Below are positions 26,401-35,073 of a stretch of 55,191 bases of DNA, piece by piece; the first letter of the stretch is position 1; the number at the start of each line of letters is the position of its first letter. Source of the stretch: an uncultured Candidatus Saccharibacteria bacterium (GTDB taxonomy: Bacteria; Patescibacteriota; Saccharimonadia; Saccharimonadales; CALMSM01). The stretch spans positions 1 through 55,191 of the forward strand of contig CALMSM010000149.1 of the NCBI GenBank assembly GCA_937872425.1. Reading direction: 5' to 3'. Under the pieces are notes generated by a model. It did not search any database. It saw only the letters and a list, made by a program, of their open reading frames with translations, and was not told the origin of the DNA. A program made the position numbers and the translations under genes.

Positions 26401-28378
26401 CGCCAAAAAAGTTTGGACTGATTCCGTTGCCTCATTCAAACAGCTTGGCACAGACATCATCGACGGCATTACCGCTGGCCTAGAAGCGGCTAAAGATGCG
26501 CTGAAGCAGAAAATGCTTGACATCGCAAACGCTCTGCCGAGTTGGGTAAAAAAGGCGCTTGGTATTGAATCGCCATCGAAAGTATTTATGGCAATAGGCC
26601 GCTACGTCATTCAAGGTTTCGTGGCTGGGCTCAAAGATGAATGGGCGATTCGTCAAGGCGAGTTTAAGGATTTGTTTTTATTCGCCATGCCAAAAGGTAA
26701 CATCGGTGGTAGTGGTTACTGGGATTTACCCACAGGACTCGCCAAAACAAAAGACGTAGCCAGCGGGCTGCTTAGTGTATTCAAAAAACTAGCTGACATG
26801 TCGCCTAGCGCGAATCATTCCGGCATGTCTGCGGCGGTGCAAAGTATCAATGACTCGCTTACTGTCCAGCTTGACCTGCTTGACCAAATCGAAAAAGCTG
26901 GCCTAGACCCGCGTGGCGTGTTGGGTGATACATGGATGGGTATCGGTGCCGACCCTGGCAAGCTGGCCGATTCCATTTTTGAGGTGACAAAACTTGCGCA
27001 GCAAAAGTTGAACAATGAAGTCATCAACCGGCGCAATTCGTTAATCAGTAAATTTGTATTGCAACCGTTCACAGATGCGCTGACCAACCAAGCGCAAGTT
27101 ATCGCTGACACGCTGAAAAATGTCGCTACCGATTTCGGTAAAATCCGCATCGATAGATTGTTGGCACAAATCGCAGACGTAGACAAACAGATTGCCACCT
27201 ACACGCAAATTAGTGACCGACAGGGCTTGACTTTTGATGAACAAAACCGCTTTAGAGATTTGGTCAATCAACGCGGCACTTTGGCTGCACAAATCGGAGC
27301 CACAAGCAATATTGAGGGATTTTTCAATATCTCCGATGAAGCCACCCGCCTCGACCAAATGAAAAAGCAGGTTGACCTGCTGAAACAAGCAAGAGACTTG
27401 TCGGCCGACATTCCCGCTGACGCCTTTGGTAATATTGCGAATGACAGCACGCTTCGGGCGCTGGTTGAAGTCTATGCTCATGTTCAGAATGCGCAGTTGA
27501 ATCAATTGCAATCGCAACTATCCACGCTGCAATCAAATAACATTCAGGCACAACTCAACCAGTACAAAGCGCAACAGGCATCACTGGACAGTCAAATTGC
27601 ATTGCTGCAAAAAGCCAGAGACCTGGGCTTGCAGTTATCTGGTGAGTCCACCTGGGGCGCAAATACGCCACAATCTGACATCAATAATCTGACCTTGCGC
27701 ATTGCGCAAGAGCAGCTACGGCGCACGCAAAACGAGCTAAAGTTAATCCAGGGCATCCCTGCCAACCTGCTAAATTTATCGCCTACTAACTCAGTAGCGC
27801 AATTGTACAAGACGCAGGTGCTTGACCCGATGCTGAAGACCTTGCGGGAAGCTGTGTTACTGGACAGCCAGCGCGCTGACCTAATGGCGAAATATGTGGC
27901 TGGTGCAGAGAAGGTGCAAACGCTGAATGACAAGCAAAGTCAACTGGATTATCTCAAATTTCAAACCGATCTGATCAAGCAGGTCAATGACACTTTTTCT
28001 GCGGCTGGTGCTCAAACCGTGCTGGCTGATACCCATTTTGGCCTTGATGCCTCACTAGATGACCTGTTAGCCTTTGCCACTCGCATGGTTAACGGCATGG
28101 TCGACAAGGTCAAAAACGGGTTAGGTATCGCATCGCCATCGAAAGTGTTTATCGACATCGGGCAGCGGGTAATGCAGGGCTTTAGTCGGGGCATGGAATC
28201 GATGGCCGACAAACCGATCATGGCAATTAACCAGGCATTGCGACCGTTGCCTTACGCCTATGCCGGTGGGCAGCGAACGATGAATGTCAACATGGGTGGC
28301 GTGTCAATCAGCAACGGTATGGACGATGTAATGTTTGAGCACAGAGTGCGCCAGGTGGTAGAGGGGATGATGGCCTAA
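23474..28378 (+). CDS. Tape measure protein
   Basis: 1634 aa, Ala/Gly-rich with TM-like central segments and a long coiled-coil C-terminal part. It carries two LGI(E/A)SPSKVF...QGF motifs and follows the chaperone ORFs. Confidence 0.9.
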   Translation: MAKQIGLQATLDIDAFLRGAGQYQSAIDDMNGKTASFAGAAVGHFQDFGGAALRASAVVATASAAVIAAIGAWVGKGILNAADLEEKISGIVSILDGDTVKAFGGAEKAAAAFDSEITDLGLDPNLKVTATEAADAINQLVSAGVPAQAVLDGAAHSTVLLANATGADLTMAANIAAHSMSIFGIKTGDLEDAVSNIAGVVGKSTFTISDYSMALAAGGGVAASVGVSFEDFNATIAATSPLFSSGSDAGTSFKTFLQRLTPQTDKAATEMKRLGLNFYNADGSMKSMTEVSGLLQKAFSGLTEEQKNQSASIIFGTDAMRTAFALASTGAEEFDKLKNSIDSVDANQQAIIRVTNLKGAFEILQGQIDAVQSAIGKKFLPVLRELTQWASEWVSQYGHQLIDFFGQVATAVDAFRNALTAGVSPMSAFFIAMSGFGETGIYVATIIQNIVEKTQSFVMAATAILSPIISAIASFVSWKDVLITVGLAIASVVIPAIYGFIAALLPVIATVGAVLLAVAALRNAWESNFLGIQTGTIAAITYITGALAPFTSSVAEHFGGALTEIKNFALGNQTEFTNVAAIWEGAKTSATTLFTDLSSLVTTYLPVWTAKLTEWSVAASQWITDAIPIVTQKLTEWYTALATYIVTNYPTWLAAMALWGNAVWQWIVDATALVVAQLGAWYTELSTYVSGQLPTWQAELAYWATATWQWIVDATGLIGAKLGEWYTRLSNYIAGQLPTWKASFVKWAEATWQWIVDATTEAKSKITIWAISILSYIAENLPDLLIAMIKWAEALVSWIVKASADIVPKLGLYIGYILGWILGQTLTIASYLLLWASAFLSWIADVIVKIAPELGKLGAAIIAGIISIGADILKAFGNMALGWAYALVTTVNWTQVGMNLALALWNGLRYVIVFTAAIFKTAIDGILSLLGIAGNAASTVFTTVGKSILDGVVAGIGALVEGKSPVVAKFDEIITAAKKVWTDSVASFKQLGTDIIDGITAGLEAAKDALKQKMLDIANALPSWVKKALGIESPSKVFMAIGRYVIQGFVAGLKDEWAIRQGEFKDLFLFAMPKGNIGGSGYWDLPTGLAKTKDVASGLLSVFKKLADMSPSANHSGMSAAVQSINDSLTVQLDLLDQIEKAGLDPRGVLGDTWMGIGADPGKLADSIFEVTKLAQQKLNNEVINRRNSLISKFVLQPFTDALTNQAQVIADTLKNVATDFGKIRIDRLLAQIADVDKQIATYTQISDRQGLTFDEQNRFRDLVNQRGTLAAQIGATSNIEGFFNISDEATRLDQMKKQVDLLKQARDLSADIPADAFGNIANDSTLRALVEVYAHVQNAQLNQLQSQLSTLQSNNIQAQLNQYKAQQASLDSQIALLQKARDLGLQLSGESTWGANTPQSDINNLTLRIAQEQLRRTQNELKLIQGIPANLLNLSPTNSVAQLYKTQVLDPMLKTLREAVLLDSQRADLMAKYVAGAEKVQTLNDKQSQLDYLKFQTDLIKQVNDTFSAAGAQTVLADTHFGLDASLDDLLAFATRMVNGMVDKVKNGLGIASPSKVFIDIGQRVMQGFSRGMESMADKPIMAINQALRPLPYAYAGGQRTMNVNMGGVSISNGMDDVMFEHRVRQVVEGMMA
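25310..25885 (+). repeat. Trp-rich tandem repeats (about 38 aa, about five copies) within the tape measure
   Basis: Recurrent units of the form TWQWIVDAT...LGEWYT.LS.Y..GQLPTW. Confidence 0.6.
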
Positions 28379-30324
28379 TGCTATCACTATTTGTAATCAC
28401 GGACGGCACAACCACGGTTGACCTAATGGCGCTCAACAAAAACGGGTGGGGCATCGGTATTGACAGCTACACGCCCGGTCGCGCACAGATGAAAGACGGC
28501 GGCTACTGGCAAGATTCGCCGCTGGCGACTGGCAGACATTTAGCCTACAGCGTGAAGGGAAACGTCAATGACGCGCTGACGATTAAATTTAGCTACCGTA
28601 GTCACAATGAAATTATTCAGGAGCAAGAGCGGCTTGACGGGCTGATTGAAAAGGCGGCAAATTACTGGCAATCCGAATGGGCTGATGAGCCGGTGTATAT
28701 CAAAGCGCAAGCACAAGGTGAGTCTAACCCGCGCTATGCCATCATCTACAATATTACTTTCCCCGAATATCAAGACCCCTATGCGCAGCCATTCAACACG
28801 GCATCACCGCCCTATGTGGCGGATGGTATCGTGTTGGGTATTGAGCATGGTGCATGGACAGAAAATGCGCCGGGGACGGGGACGGCGGTTGCCATCTCGC
28901 ACACAAAGCATAGCACGGCGTCAACCACTGGCGTCTATGTGGCAAGTGCGCGCAATGATGGTCTGTCGCACATCTATTCGTTTACGGGTAGTTTTGGGTC
29001 AAATCTGTTGTCCGGTGCCACGCCATATAATTTGTTTTCAGGTACAATCGCCGTGGGGAGTATCTGTTATTTTGGATCGTCCTATCCGTTCAGGGGTTTA
29101 ATCCTCGACCTTTCGACGGCAATGTCTTCCACGACATCCTATACATTAACGTGGGAATTCTCCGATGGCGCGGCGGGTTGGCCGACCATCGGCTCATCAC
29201 CGCAAGGCACGCCGCAGCTAAATAGCACAGGTATCATTTTTGTCTTGCTCTATCCTGATTACACCTGGGCTACCGAAACGGTCAACGGTGTGGCTTCAAA
29301 ATATTGGATACGGGCTAGAGTTTCGGCAAAAACCGGCACGGTGACTTCGGCTAGGCAGCAGAATCGTCATGTGTATTCGGCGGTAATTCCGTATGTGAAT
29401 GTGGCGTCAACTCAGATAACAGGATCAATCAATGCATTAGCCAGAATCAAGACGTTGATCACGCGCATTGCAGCAGAGAATCCCGGCTCCATTCTGTTTG
29501 GTATAAGAGACAATGATCGGGGGTCAAGTTTCACGGCGTATATCAATGTGAAGACGGCTGATAATCCAAGCGGGGTATCGGTAACAACCAGTACTGATAC
29601 AGCTTATTACACCTATTCTATCTCTCCAACAGGATTTTTGATTAGGTACACAAGCATAAGCAGCACAACATTTGAAGAGCGCTTCAACGTGCAATTCACG
29701 TCAGCAATTGCTAATCAATTTTATGGCCGCTTTCGATTGTTTGTCAGGGTGAATATTGGGAACGTTGGCGGGACAACGCAAATTAGATATAAATTGTATG
29801 CGCCTCTAACCAACCCAGTGGTCATTGCGACCAGTACGTTAGCTTTCACTGGACAAACAAAAACCATTACAAATCCACAGACATTGATCGATCTGGGCTA
29901 CATCCAGATCCCCCCAACAAATTTAGTTCGCCAAAGCGAAAACTTTGGCAGCTTCGCCATATCAATTGAGGCGGTGACGGTCAATACCTACACGCTTGAT
30001 TTTTATGATTTGATTTTACTGCCGGTTGACGAATGGAGCGGTACATTCACAAGCGTAGCTTACACTGACGTTGCATCTGCCACTGTGGATATTGATAGCA
30101 TCACCTACCCCAAATACGAGTTAAGAGCACTGCAAAAAACATTAGCCGGGACAAGAATTGATAAGGTTTTGTCGGCTGTATACAGGAATTCAGCATCCTT
30201 GCCAGCCAACACCAGTACAAATATCTGGTTTGTTCAGGGCGATAACATCGTCGGTTATGATGTAAATATCGCACAAATTCAGATTAGCCGCCAACAGCGC
30301 TATTTAGGCTTGCGTAGTTCCTAA
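28378..30324 (+). CDS. Distal tail protein (positional)
   Basis: 648-aa ORF with a TAATG overlap onto the tape measure stop. Confidence 0.4.
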   Translation: MLSLFVITDGTTTVDLMALNKNGWGIGIDSYTPGRAQMKDGGYWQDSPLATGRHLAYSVKGNVNDALTIKFSYRSHNEIIQEQERLDGLIEKAANYWQSEWADEPVYIKAQAQGESNPRYAIIYNITFPEYQDPYAQPFNTASPPYVADGIVLGIEHGAWTENAPGTGTAVAISHTKHSTASTTGVYVASARNDGLSHIYSFTGSFGSNLLSGATPYNLFSGTIAVGSICYFGSSYPFRGLILDLSTAMSSTTSYTLTWEFSDGAAGWPTIGSSPQGTPQLNSTGIIFVLLYPDYTWATETVNGVASKYWIRARVSAKTGTVTSARQQNRHVYSAVIPYVNVASTQITGSINALARIKTLITRIAAENPGSILFGIRDNDRGSSFTAYINVKTADNPSGVSVTTSTDTAYYTYSISPTGFLIRYTSISSTTFEERFNVQFTSAIANQFYGRFRLFVRVNIGNVGGTTQIRYKLYAPLTNPVVIATSTLAFTGQTKTITNPQTLIDLGYIQIPPTNLVRQSENFGSFAISIEAVTVNTYTLDFYDLILLPVDEWSGTFTSVAYTDVASATVDIDSITYPKYELRALQKTLAGTRIDKVLSAVYRNSASLPANTSTNIWFVQGDNIVGYDVNIAQIQISRQQRYLGLRSS

Positions 30325-30327
30325 CCT

Positions 30328-32574
30328 ATGGCCCCATCGATTCAAACCGGCAATATAACCGGCTTTAACTCATCAAATACAACCAGTGTAACGGTAGTGC
30401 ATCCAAGCACGTCACCGGCTAACGACCTGGTTTTTATTTGTATGGGGTCTGACCTAAACGCACAGACATTTACTTACGATGGCAGCTTTACCGAACTGTA
30501 CATCGATGAGGCATTTCAAAGCGCAGCAACGGCTAGCGTAGCATACAAAACAAGTGGCGGCGCTGAGTCCGATTACACGGTCACGATGGGCACCACGGAG
30601 CGCCAAGCGTGGCAAGCGTTCAGCGTGACAGGTGGCAGCGGCATCAACGCTAGCCCGGCATCTTCAAGCGGCAGCAGTGGAACGGCAACCTTCCCGGCCA
30701 TCACAACCACAGTAGATAATTGTCTAGCCATCCGTGTTTGCATCACGGATGTGTCAGCGGGACTCACTACACCATTTGGCGCAATGTCTGGTTCGGGTTG
30801 GACGCAGCTTGCGGAGGTCAGTGGCACATCGGCGGCGGCAGTCGGCGTTTGGTACAAAACTGTTACCACGGCCACAACAGAAGCCAGCACAACGGCGACC
30901 TTGAATATCAGCGAACAATGGTGGACGGCAAGTTTTGCCATTGCTCCTTCGGCAACTGGGCCGGTGGGTACGGACACAGTAACGATTACTGAAAGCATTG
31001 CGGCCACCCTGGTCAGTCTGATTAGCAAAAGTGAAACGGTAACGATTGCCGAGAGTGTGTCTGCTACACTGGTGCAAAATGTCAGTGTGTCTGATGCAAT
31101 TACTGTATCGGAATCAGTCAGCTTGGCAGTCATTAATCCGACCGACGCCAGCAAAAGCGAAACAATCACGGTAACCGAGACGGTCAGCGTTACTGTTTCC
31201 TCACCAGCGGTCAACGTATCCGATACCATTACTGTATCGGAATCGGTGTCTGTTTCGCGTGGTGGGCCTAGTGCATCAGACACCATTACTATTACTGAGA
31301 CGGTATCGGTATCGGTAGCCACGCCACGCATTAGCGTCAGCGAAACCATTACCGTATCGGAATCGAAAACTGTAACTTTCCCTGGTGCGGCCAGCACGCC
31401 GGTGCTAATTAAAAGTTACAGTGCTTCTGGCAGAGTATCGATTTCGGCTTACGAACCGCTGGCAACCGGCAATGGCTATGTGGGCGATTTGACCAGCCGG
31501 ATTAATGGCTATGAGCACGAAACAGCGGCGATGGGCGGCTACTGGTCGGCAAAGATTCAGATGACCGACAAGCAGATTGCTTTGGAAGATTGGTACGAAA
31601 ATGGATTAGGCAGACGCATTGTCACCACGTCACCGGATGGTGAGACGATCTGGGAAGGTTTTGTTAACGAAATTTCTCTGTCATTAGGTGGACTGTCAAT
31701 TAAACTTGGGCCGTTGATCGGCATCGCTAACAAAGTAAAATTAATCTATTCTACATTCGATACAACATCAGGCACACCGACCACCGGAGTTCGGGCTGAA
31801 ACTGGCTATTCACAGGATGCCGCATCACAAGCAAAATATGGCATCCTGACGCATGTTCTATCCTCTGGTGGTGCAACATCAATCACAGCATCGGCGCTGG
31901 TTGACGAGTATTTGCGCATCTACAGAGACCCCGAAGTTGATCAGGAGCGCACTTTTGCCGGTAGCGGCAGTGCTCCGAGCATGACACTAGACTGTCTAGG
32001 CTATGTGCATTTTCTGGACACCTACAAATACAATCAGACTGTCAGTAGTGGCACAATGGATTTGAGCGCAAAAATTAATGCCGTACTCGCCGCTGAACCA
32101 AACAATTTTATTAGTCATGCCACTGGCGATATTGCATCAAATGTGGTTGCCGTTCCTCAATACGAGAATGATGACAAAACCGCCTGGGCCATTATCAAAG
32201 AATTGACCTCACTTGGCGACGGTTCAGATGCTAAATACATTTTTGGTGTGTACGAAAATCGTATTTGTCACTATGGCGCAATCCCCACAAGTGCCGATTA
32301 TTTCCAACATCTAGCCGACCCTGGGCAGCGCATCCTGACTGACACGGGACAAATTATCATGCCGTGGCAAGTGTTGCCGGGGCGCTGGATTATGGCGAGA
32401 GATTTATTGATAGGCCGTGTGGCCGACTCTGTGCTGATTGAAGATGACCCACGGGTAATGTTTGTGGAATCGGTCAACTATGCCATACCAAATAAGGTTA
32501 ATCTGCGGGGTAGCAAGGTGAGACGATTAGATCAAAAGCTGGCTAAACTTGGGCTGGCCGGGATAGGTGGGTAA
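30328..32574 (+). CDS. Tail tip/baseplate protein with Ser/Thr-rich repeat region
   Basis: 748 aa, second ORF after the tape measure, with an internal (S/T)ETITV(S/T)ESVS repeat block. Confidence 0.5.
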   Translation: MAPSIQTGNITGFNSSNTTSVTVVHPSTSPANDLVFICMGSDLNAQTFTYDGSFTELYIDEAFQSAATASVAYKTSGGAESDYTVTMGTTERQAWQAFSVTGGSGINASPASSSGSSGTATFPAITTTVDNCLAIRVCITDVSAGLTTPFGAMSGSGWTQLAEVSGTSAAAVGVWYKTVTTATTEASTTATLNISEQWWTASFAIAPSATGPVGTDTVTITESIAATLVSLISKSETVTIAESVSATLVQNVSVSDAITVSESVSLAVINPTDASKSETITVTETVSVTVSSPAVNVSDTITVSESVSVSRGGPSASDTITITETVSVSVATPRISVSETITVSESKTVTFPGAASTPVLIKSYSASGRVSISAYEPLATGNGYVGDLTSRINGYEHETAAMGGYWSAKIQMTDKQIALEDWYENGLGRRIVTTSPDGETIWEGFVNEISLSLGGLSIKLGPLIGIANKVKLIYSTFDTTSGTPTTGVRAETGYSQDAASQAKYGILTHVLSSGGATSITASALVDEYLRIYRDPEVDQERTFAGSGSAPSMTLDCLGYVHFLDTYKYNQTVSSGTMDLSAKINAVLAAEPNNFISHATGDIASNVVAVPQYENDDKTAWAIIKELTSLGDGSDAKYIFGVYENRICHYGAIPTSADYFQHLADPGQRILTDTGQIIMPWQVLPGRWIMARDLLIGRVADSVLIEDDPRVMFVESVNYAIPNKVNLRGSKVRRLDQKLAKLGLAGIGG
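30973..31380 (+). repeat. Degenerate tandem coding repeats (about 13-15 aa units, about nine copies)
   Basis: Units include TVTITESIAATLV, SETVTIAESVSATLV, SDAITVSESVSLAV, SETITVTETVSVTV, SDTITVSESVSVS, SDTITITETVSVSV and SETITVSESKTVTF. The repeats also create a long antisense ORF artefact. Confidence 0.8.
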
Positions 32575-33215
32575 TGGCAACACAAAAACGCAATCAGGAG
32601 ATGGTGTCAATCCTGTCAGTGGATTTTCTGCGTAATCTTCTGGGCGCTGTGGTAGACGGCAATCTGAAAGAGGTCTATGCGCTACTGGCTGGTAGATCGG
32701 GTGGGCAAACGCTCAACGGAGACACGGCGGCCAGTGGCAACCTAACCCTGAGTAGCACAGCGCACGCCACGAAGGGGAAAATTCTGCTAGGCACGGCTAG
32801 TGCTTACGATCAGGCAAACGATAGGCTGGGAATCGGCACAACGTCGCCAGACGGCGTGCAAATCAATACAGGAGTCAGCGAAACGGCCAGGGGTGCGGAC
32901 AATGTACGTATGGGGGTCACCAGTGGCTCCCCTCGTATCATTTTAGAGGATAACACCTACACGCAATGGCAGATCGACAATAATGCTGGATTGTTTCGCA
33001 TTTTTAATCCAGGCGTCGTCAAATTATCCATTGACACATCCGGTAATTTAGGCCTGGGCGGAACGTCGTTCGCCAGCGGCGTGCTTGTGATTTTCATTGC
33101 CAACGGCACGGCTCCCAGTGGCACGCCCAGCGGTGGTGGTGTGCTTTACGTGGAAAGCGGTAGCCTTAAATTTAAGGGCAGTTCAGGAACGATAACCACG
33201 ATAGCCGCCGCCTAA
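32574..33215 (+). CDS. Tail fibre-like protein
   Basis: 213 aa, Gly/Ser/Thr-rich, last ORF of the rightward structural operon. Confidence 0.45.
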   Translation: MATQKRNQEMVSILSVDFLRNLLGAVVDGNLKEVYALLAGRSGGQTLNGDTAASGNLTLSSTAHATKGKILLGTASAYDQANDRLGIGTTSPDGVQINTGVSETARGADNVRMGVTSGSPRIILEDNTYTQWQIDNNAGLFRIFNPGVVKLSIDTSGNLGLGGTSFASGVLVIFIANGTAPSGTPSGGGVLYVESGSLKFKGSSGTITTIAAA

Positions 33216-33223
33216 AACACGAA

Positions 33224-33246
33224 AGCCAGGTCATAACGACCTGGCT
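33224..33246. terminator. Hairpin between convergent operons
   Basis: AGCCAGGTC-ATAAC-GACCTGGCT. The T-rich tail (TTCGTGTTTT) is only on the minus-strand reading. Confidence 0.4.
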
Positions 33247-33265
33247 CACACAGAATACCTTCAGC

Positions 33266-33346
33266 TTACCTACGCCTATGCCAAACCTTTGGCCTAAAAT
33301 CCAACGAACGAAACCGACGACGGGCGAACAACGGTGCGTAAACCAT
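33266..33346 (-). CDS. Possible 26-aa highly basic micro-ORF
   Basis: AAGGAG lies 8 nt upstream of the ATG. The peptide is MVYAPLFARRRFRSLDFRPKVWHRRR, followed by the 33224-33246 hairpin. Very speculative. Confidence 0.2.
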   Translation of the reverse strand: MVYAPLFARRRFRSLDFRPKVWHRRR

Positions 33347-33420
33347 TTGGAGCGCTCCTTTCGTGACTGCGTTGACGCTGGCGACAACTGATTAGATTGT
33401 AGCAGCGCTAGGCGTGGGTG

Positions 33421-33690
33421 TCAAGATGGCGTCACCATAATTCCGCTTGCGTTGCGCCATTCCATATACATCGCTTTGTAATCGACTCTCTTTCTGCGCC
33501 CGCCGCGATGGTCAAGCGTGGCTAGAAAATCACGCCATCTCTCAATGGCGGCGTCCTCATAGTGCATGTCAGAAGTGGCATTGCCCGCCTTGAAAGCCTC
33601 ATGCAGGGCAATCATAACGGGCTGAATTTTATGTAGAAGTGTGGAGCGGCTAACCCCCAGTAGGTTAGCCGCTTTTTGTTGGCCTGTCAT
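33421..33690 (-). CDS. Small Fis-type HTH DNA-binding protein
   Basis: The N-terminal QQKAANLLGVSRSTLLHKI motif. Confidence 0.55.
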   Translation of the reverse strand: MTGQQKAANLLGVSRSTLLHKIQPVMIALHEAFKAGNATSDMHYEDAAIERWRDFLATLDHRGGRRKRVDYKAMYMEWRNASGIMVTPS

Positions 33691-34064
33691 TTCCGCTTCA
33701 CTTCCATCACATTCTGTGATGGGATATTGGGGACTTCTACTAGGAAATTATTCCGCAATTTCGTTTTGGTGTAGCGGTCGCCCAGTGCGCTGGGCCGAAA
33801 AATCCGACCATCCGCAGTTCGGAATGCCTTCATTGAGGATTGCGTCCGGCTTGCACCCACACCGGGCCAGTCATTGAACCACTCGTCACCATCATAACCG
33901 CGCACCCATACCGGGGTCAGCGTGTCGCCATTGCAGTATTGTTCTACTGCCATATCGAACATTGCATCCGATGAATCCGCCATCATTGTGTTCGCGACAT
34001 ATTCGCGTTGCACAAAATCAAAAACCTTGCTGCAATCATTGTTGTAATTTCGATAGCTTGTCAT
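33687..34064 (-). CDS. Hypothetical protein (125 aa)
   Basis: First gene of a short leftward operon, with an ATGA overlap to the next gene. Confidence 0.45.
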   Translation of the reverse strand: MTSYRNYNNDCSKVFDFVQREYVANTMMADSSDAMFDMAVEQYCNGDTLTPVWVRGYDGDEWFNDWPGVGASRTQSSMKAFRTADGRIFRPSALGDRYTKTKLRNNFLVEVPNIPSQNVMEVKRK

Positions 34065-34109
34065 TTTTATTTCTCCTGTGAATTAACTTTCTTCGTATTT
34101 CCTACAGGT

Positions 34110-34138
34110 AGTATAACACACTATTTTCGTCTTGTATA
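34110..34138 (-). promoter_or_regulatory. Leftward extended -10 promoter TATACA-17-TGtTATACT
   Basis: Reverse complement of 34133-34138 is TATACA and of 34110-34118 is TGTTATACT. Confidence 0.45.
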
Positions 34139-34236
34139 TAGTTTTTGCTGACAATTTAGATTACAGTATTCGATTAAACACCGAATAAACCATCGGATAT
34201 TGTAATGAATACTGTAAGCAAAAACTATATACAAGA
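34130..34236. repeat. 107-bp composite palindrome (20-bp outer arms plus 10-bp inner arms)
   Basis: 34130-34149 pairs with 34217-34236, and 34162-34171 pairs with 34207-34216. Each outer arm carries the -35 element of one of the two divergent promoters. Confidence 0.8.
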
Positions 34237-34256
34237 ATGAATAAAGGTGATATACT
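34228..34256 (+). promoter_or_regulatory. Rightward extended -10 promoter TATACA-17-TGaTATACT
   Basis: TATACA at 34228-34233, and TGATATACT at 34248-34256. It is a mirror image of the leftward promoter about position 34183. Confidence 0.45.
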
Positions 34257-34286
34257 AATGTTACGAAGTAGTTAGGAAATAAAAAA

Positions 34287-34336
34287 CCGGCTGAGTGCTC
34301 TAAACACTCAACCGGCCATTCAAAAGGAGAACTTTC
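34287..34336 (+). promoter_or_regulatory. 5' leader element: hairpin then CCATTCAAAAGGAGA
   Basis: Stem 34287-34297 / 34305-34315 followed by CCATTCAAAAGGAGA and ATG 34337. The same architecture occurs at 45237-45300 and 45550-45619 on the other strand. Confidence 0.45.
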
Positions 34337-34549
34337 ATGAGCAATTATACCACAGTGCGCACAGAACGCAAAGCAAACCGAGACGGGCGCAAGGGCAACG
34401 AGTTCGGAATCACCACAGCGACGAAGTTCAATCGCAACGCTGCGAAACGGGAAGCCGACCGACAGGCGGCACAACGTAACGAAGCGAACCGAGCGCAGAT
34501 GGCAGCGTGGGGCTTGAATCCAAATGATGCAGACATGTTGTTTGCGTAA
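34337..34549 (+). CDS. Basic 70-aa protein
   Basis: Arg/Lys/Asn-rich with a good RBS. Confidence 0.45.
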   Translation: MSNYTTVRTERKANRDGRKGNEFGITTATKFNRNAAKREADRQAAQRNEANRAQMAAWGLNPNDADMLFA

Positions 34550-34597
34550 TCAATCAATGCTGCGGGGTGACTAAGCAGCGATAAAGGAGAGTGGAAA

Positions 34598-34915
34598 ATG
34601 AGCAATCAATTTATCGTCGTAATTGGCGAAAATGTATCCCTCAATGGGTGGTACGCTCCAAAGGGGAAGTCTGGTGGGTGGAATTGCAATCGATGGGGGA
34701 AAGAAATCTCTCGTATCAAAATTTACAAAACAGAGCTGAATGCAAACAATGCCATCAAACGTAATAAATTAAATCAGGGCGTTTTCCCTGCAAGGGTGAT
34801 CCCCCTGTCTGCATGGGACGCAGACTATTGCCCTCGTTGCGATAATAGGTTAGAGGAGGATGCGGACGGCGACATGGTTTGCGCAGATTGCCTGTACATT
34901 CAGGCGCGTAAATAA
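34598..34915 (+). CDS. Hypothetical protein with C-terminal zinc ribbon
   Basis: CPRCDNRL...CADC motif, with RBS AAGGAGAG upstream. Confidence 0.45.
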   Translation: MSNQFIVVIGENVSLNGWYAPKGKSGGWNCNRWGKEISRIKIYKTELNANNAIKRNKLNQGVFPARVIPLSAWDADYCPRCDNRLEEDADGDMVCADCLYIQARK

Positions 34916-34921
34916 TAGCAT

Positions 34922-34956
34922 AAATAGCGGGATAGTGATGAGCTATCCCGCTATTT
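34922..34956. terminator. Bidirectional intrinsic terminator between convergent genes
   Basis: 14-bp stem AAATAGCGGGATAG / CTATCCCGCTATTT with A/T tracts on both sides. Confidence 0.7.
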
Positions 34957-35073
34957 ATTTCTCCACTACCACACGCTGCGGCCTGCGCTTGTCCACAGCG
35001 ACAAGCACGTTTGCGCCTGATACTCTCACTACAATGCCATTGCGCCGGTAGGGTTTGCCATTACGTTATTCTC

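Noticed and set aside
30573-31397. 274-aa minus-strand ORF inside the tail tip gene
   Set aside because: It is the mirror image of the Ser/Thr/Val repeat block. Repeats of this composition lack stop codons on the antisense strand, and there is no start context.
33172-33387. 71-aa minus-strand ORF after the tail fibre gene
   Set aside because: It has a TTG start and no RBS, runs through the inter-operon hairpin, and extends into the 3' end of the fibre gene.
33216-35073. Searched for a lysis cassette (holin/endolysin) downstream of the tail genes
   Set aside because: None of the ORFs shows a recognisable muramidase, amidase or peptidase motif or a holin-like dual-TM pattern. The lysis genes are presumably outside the window or too divergent to call by eye.
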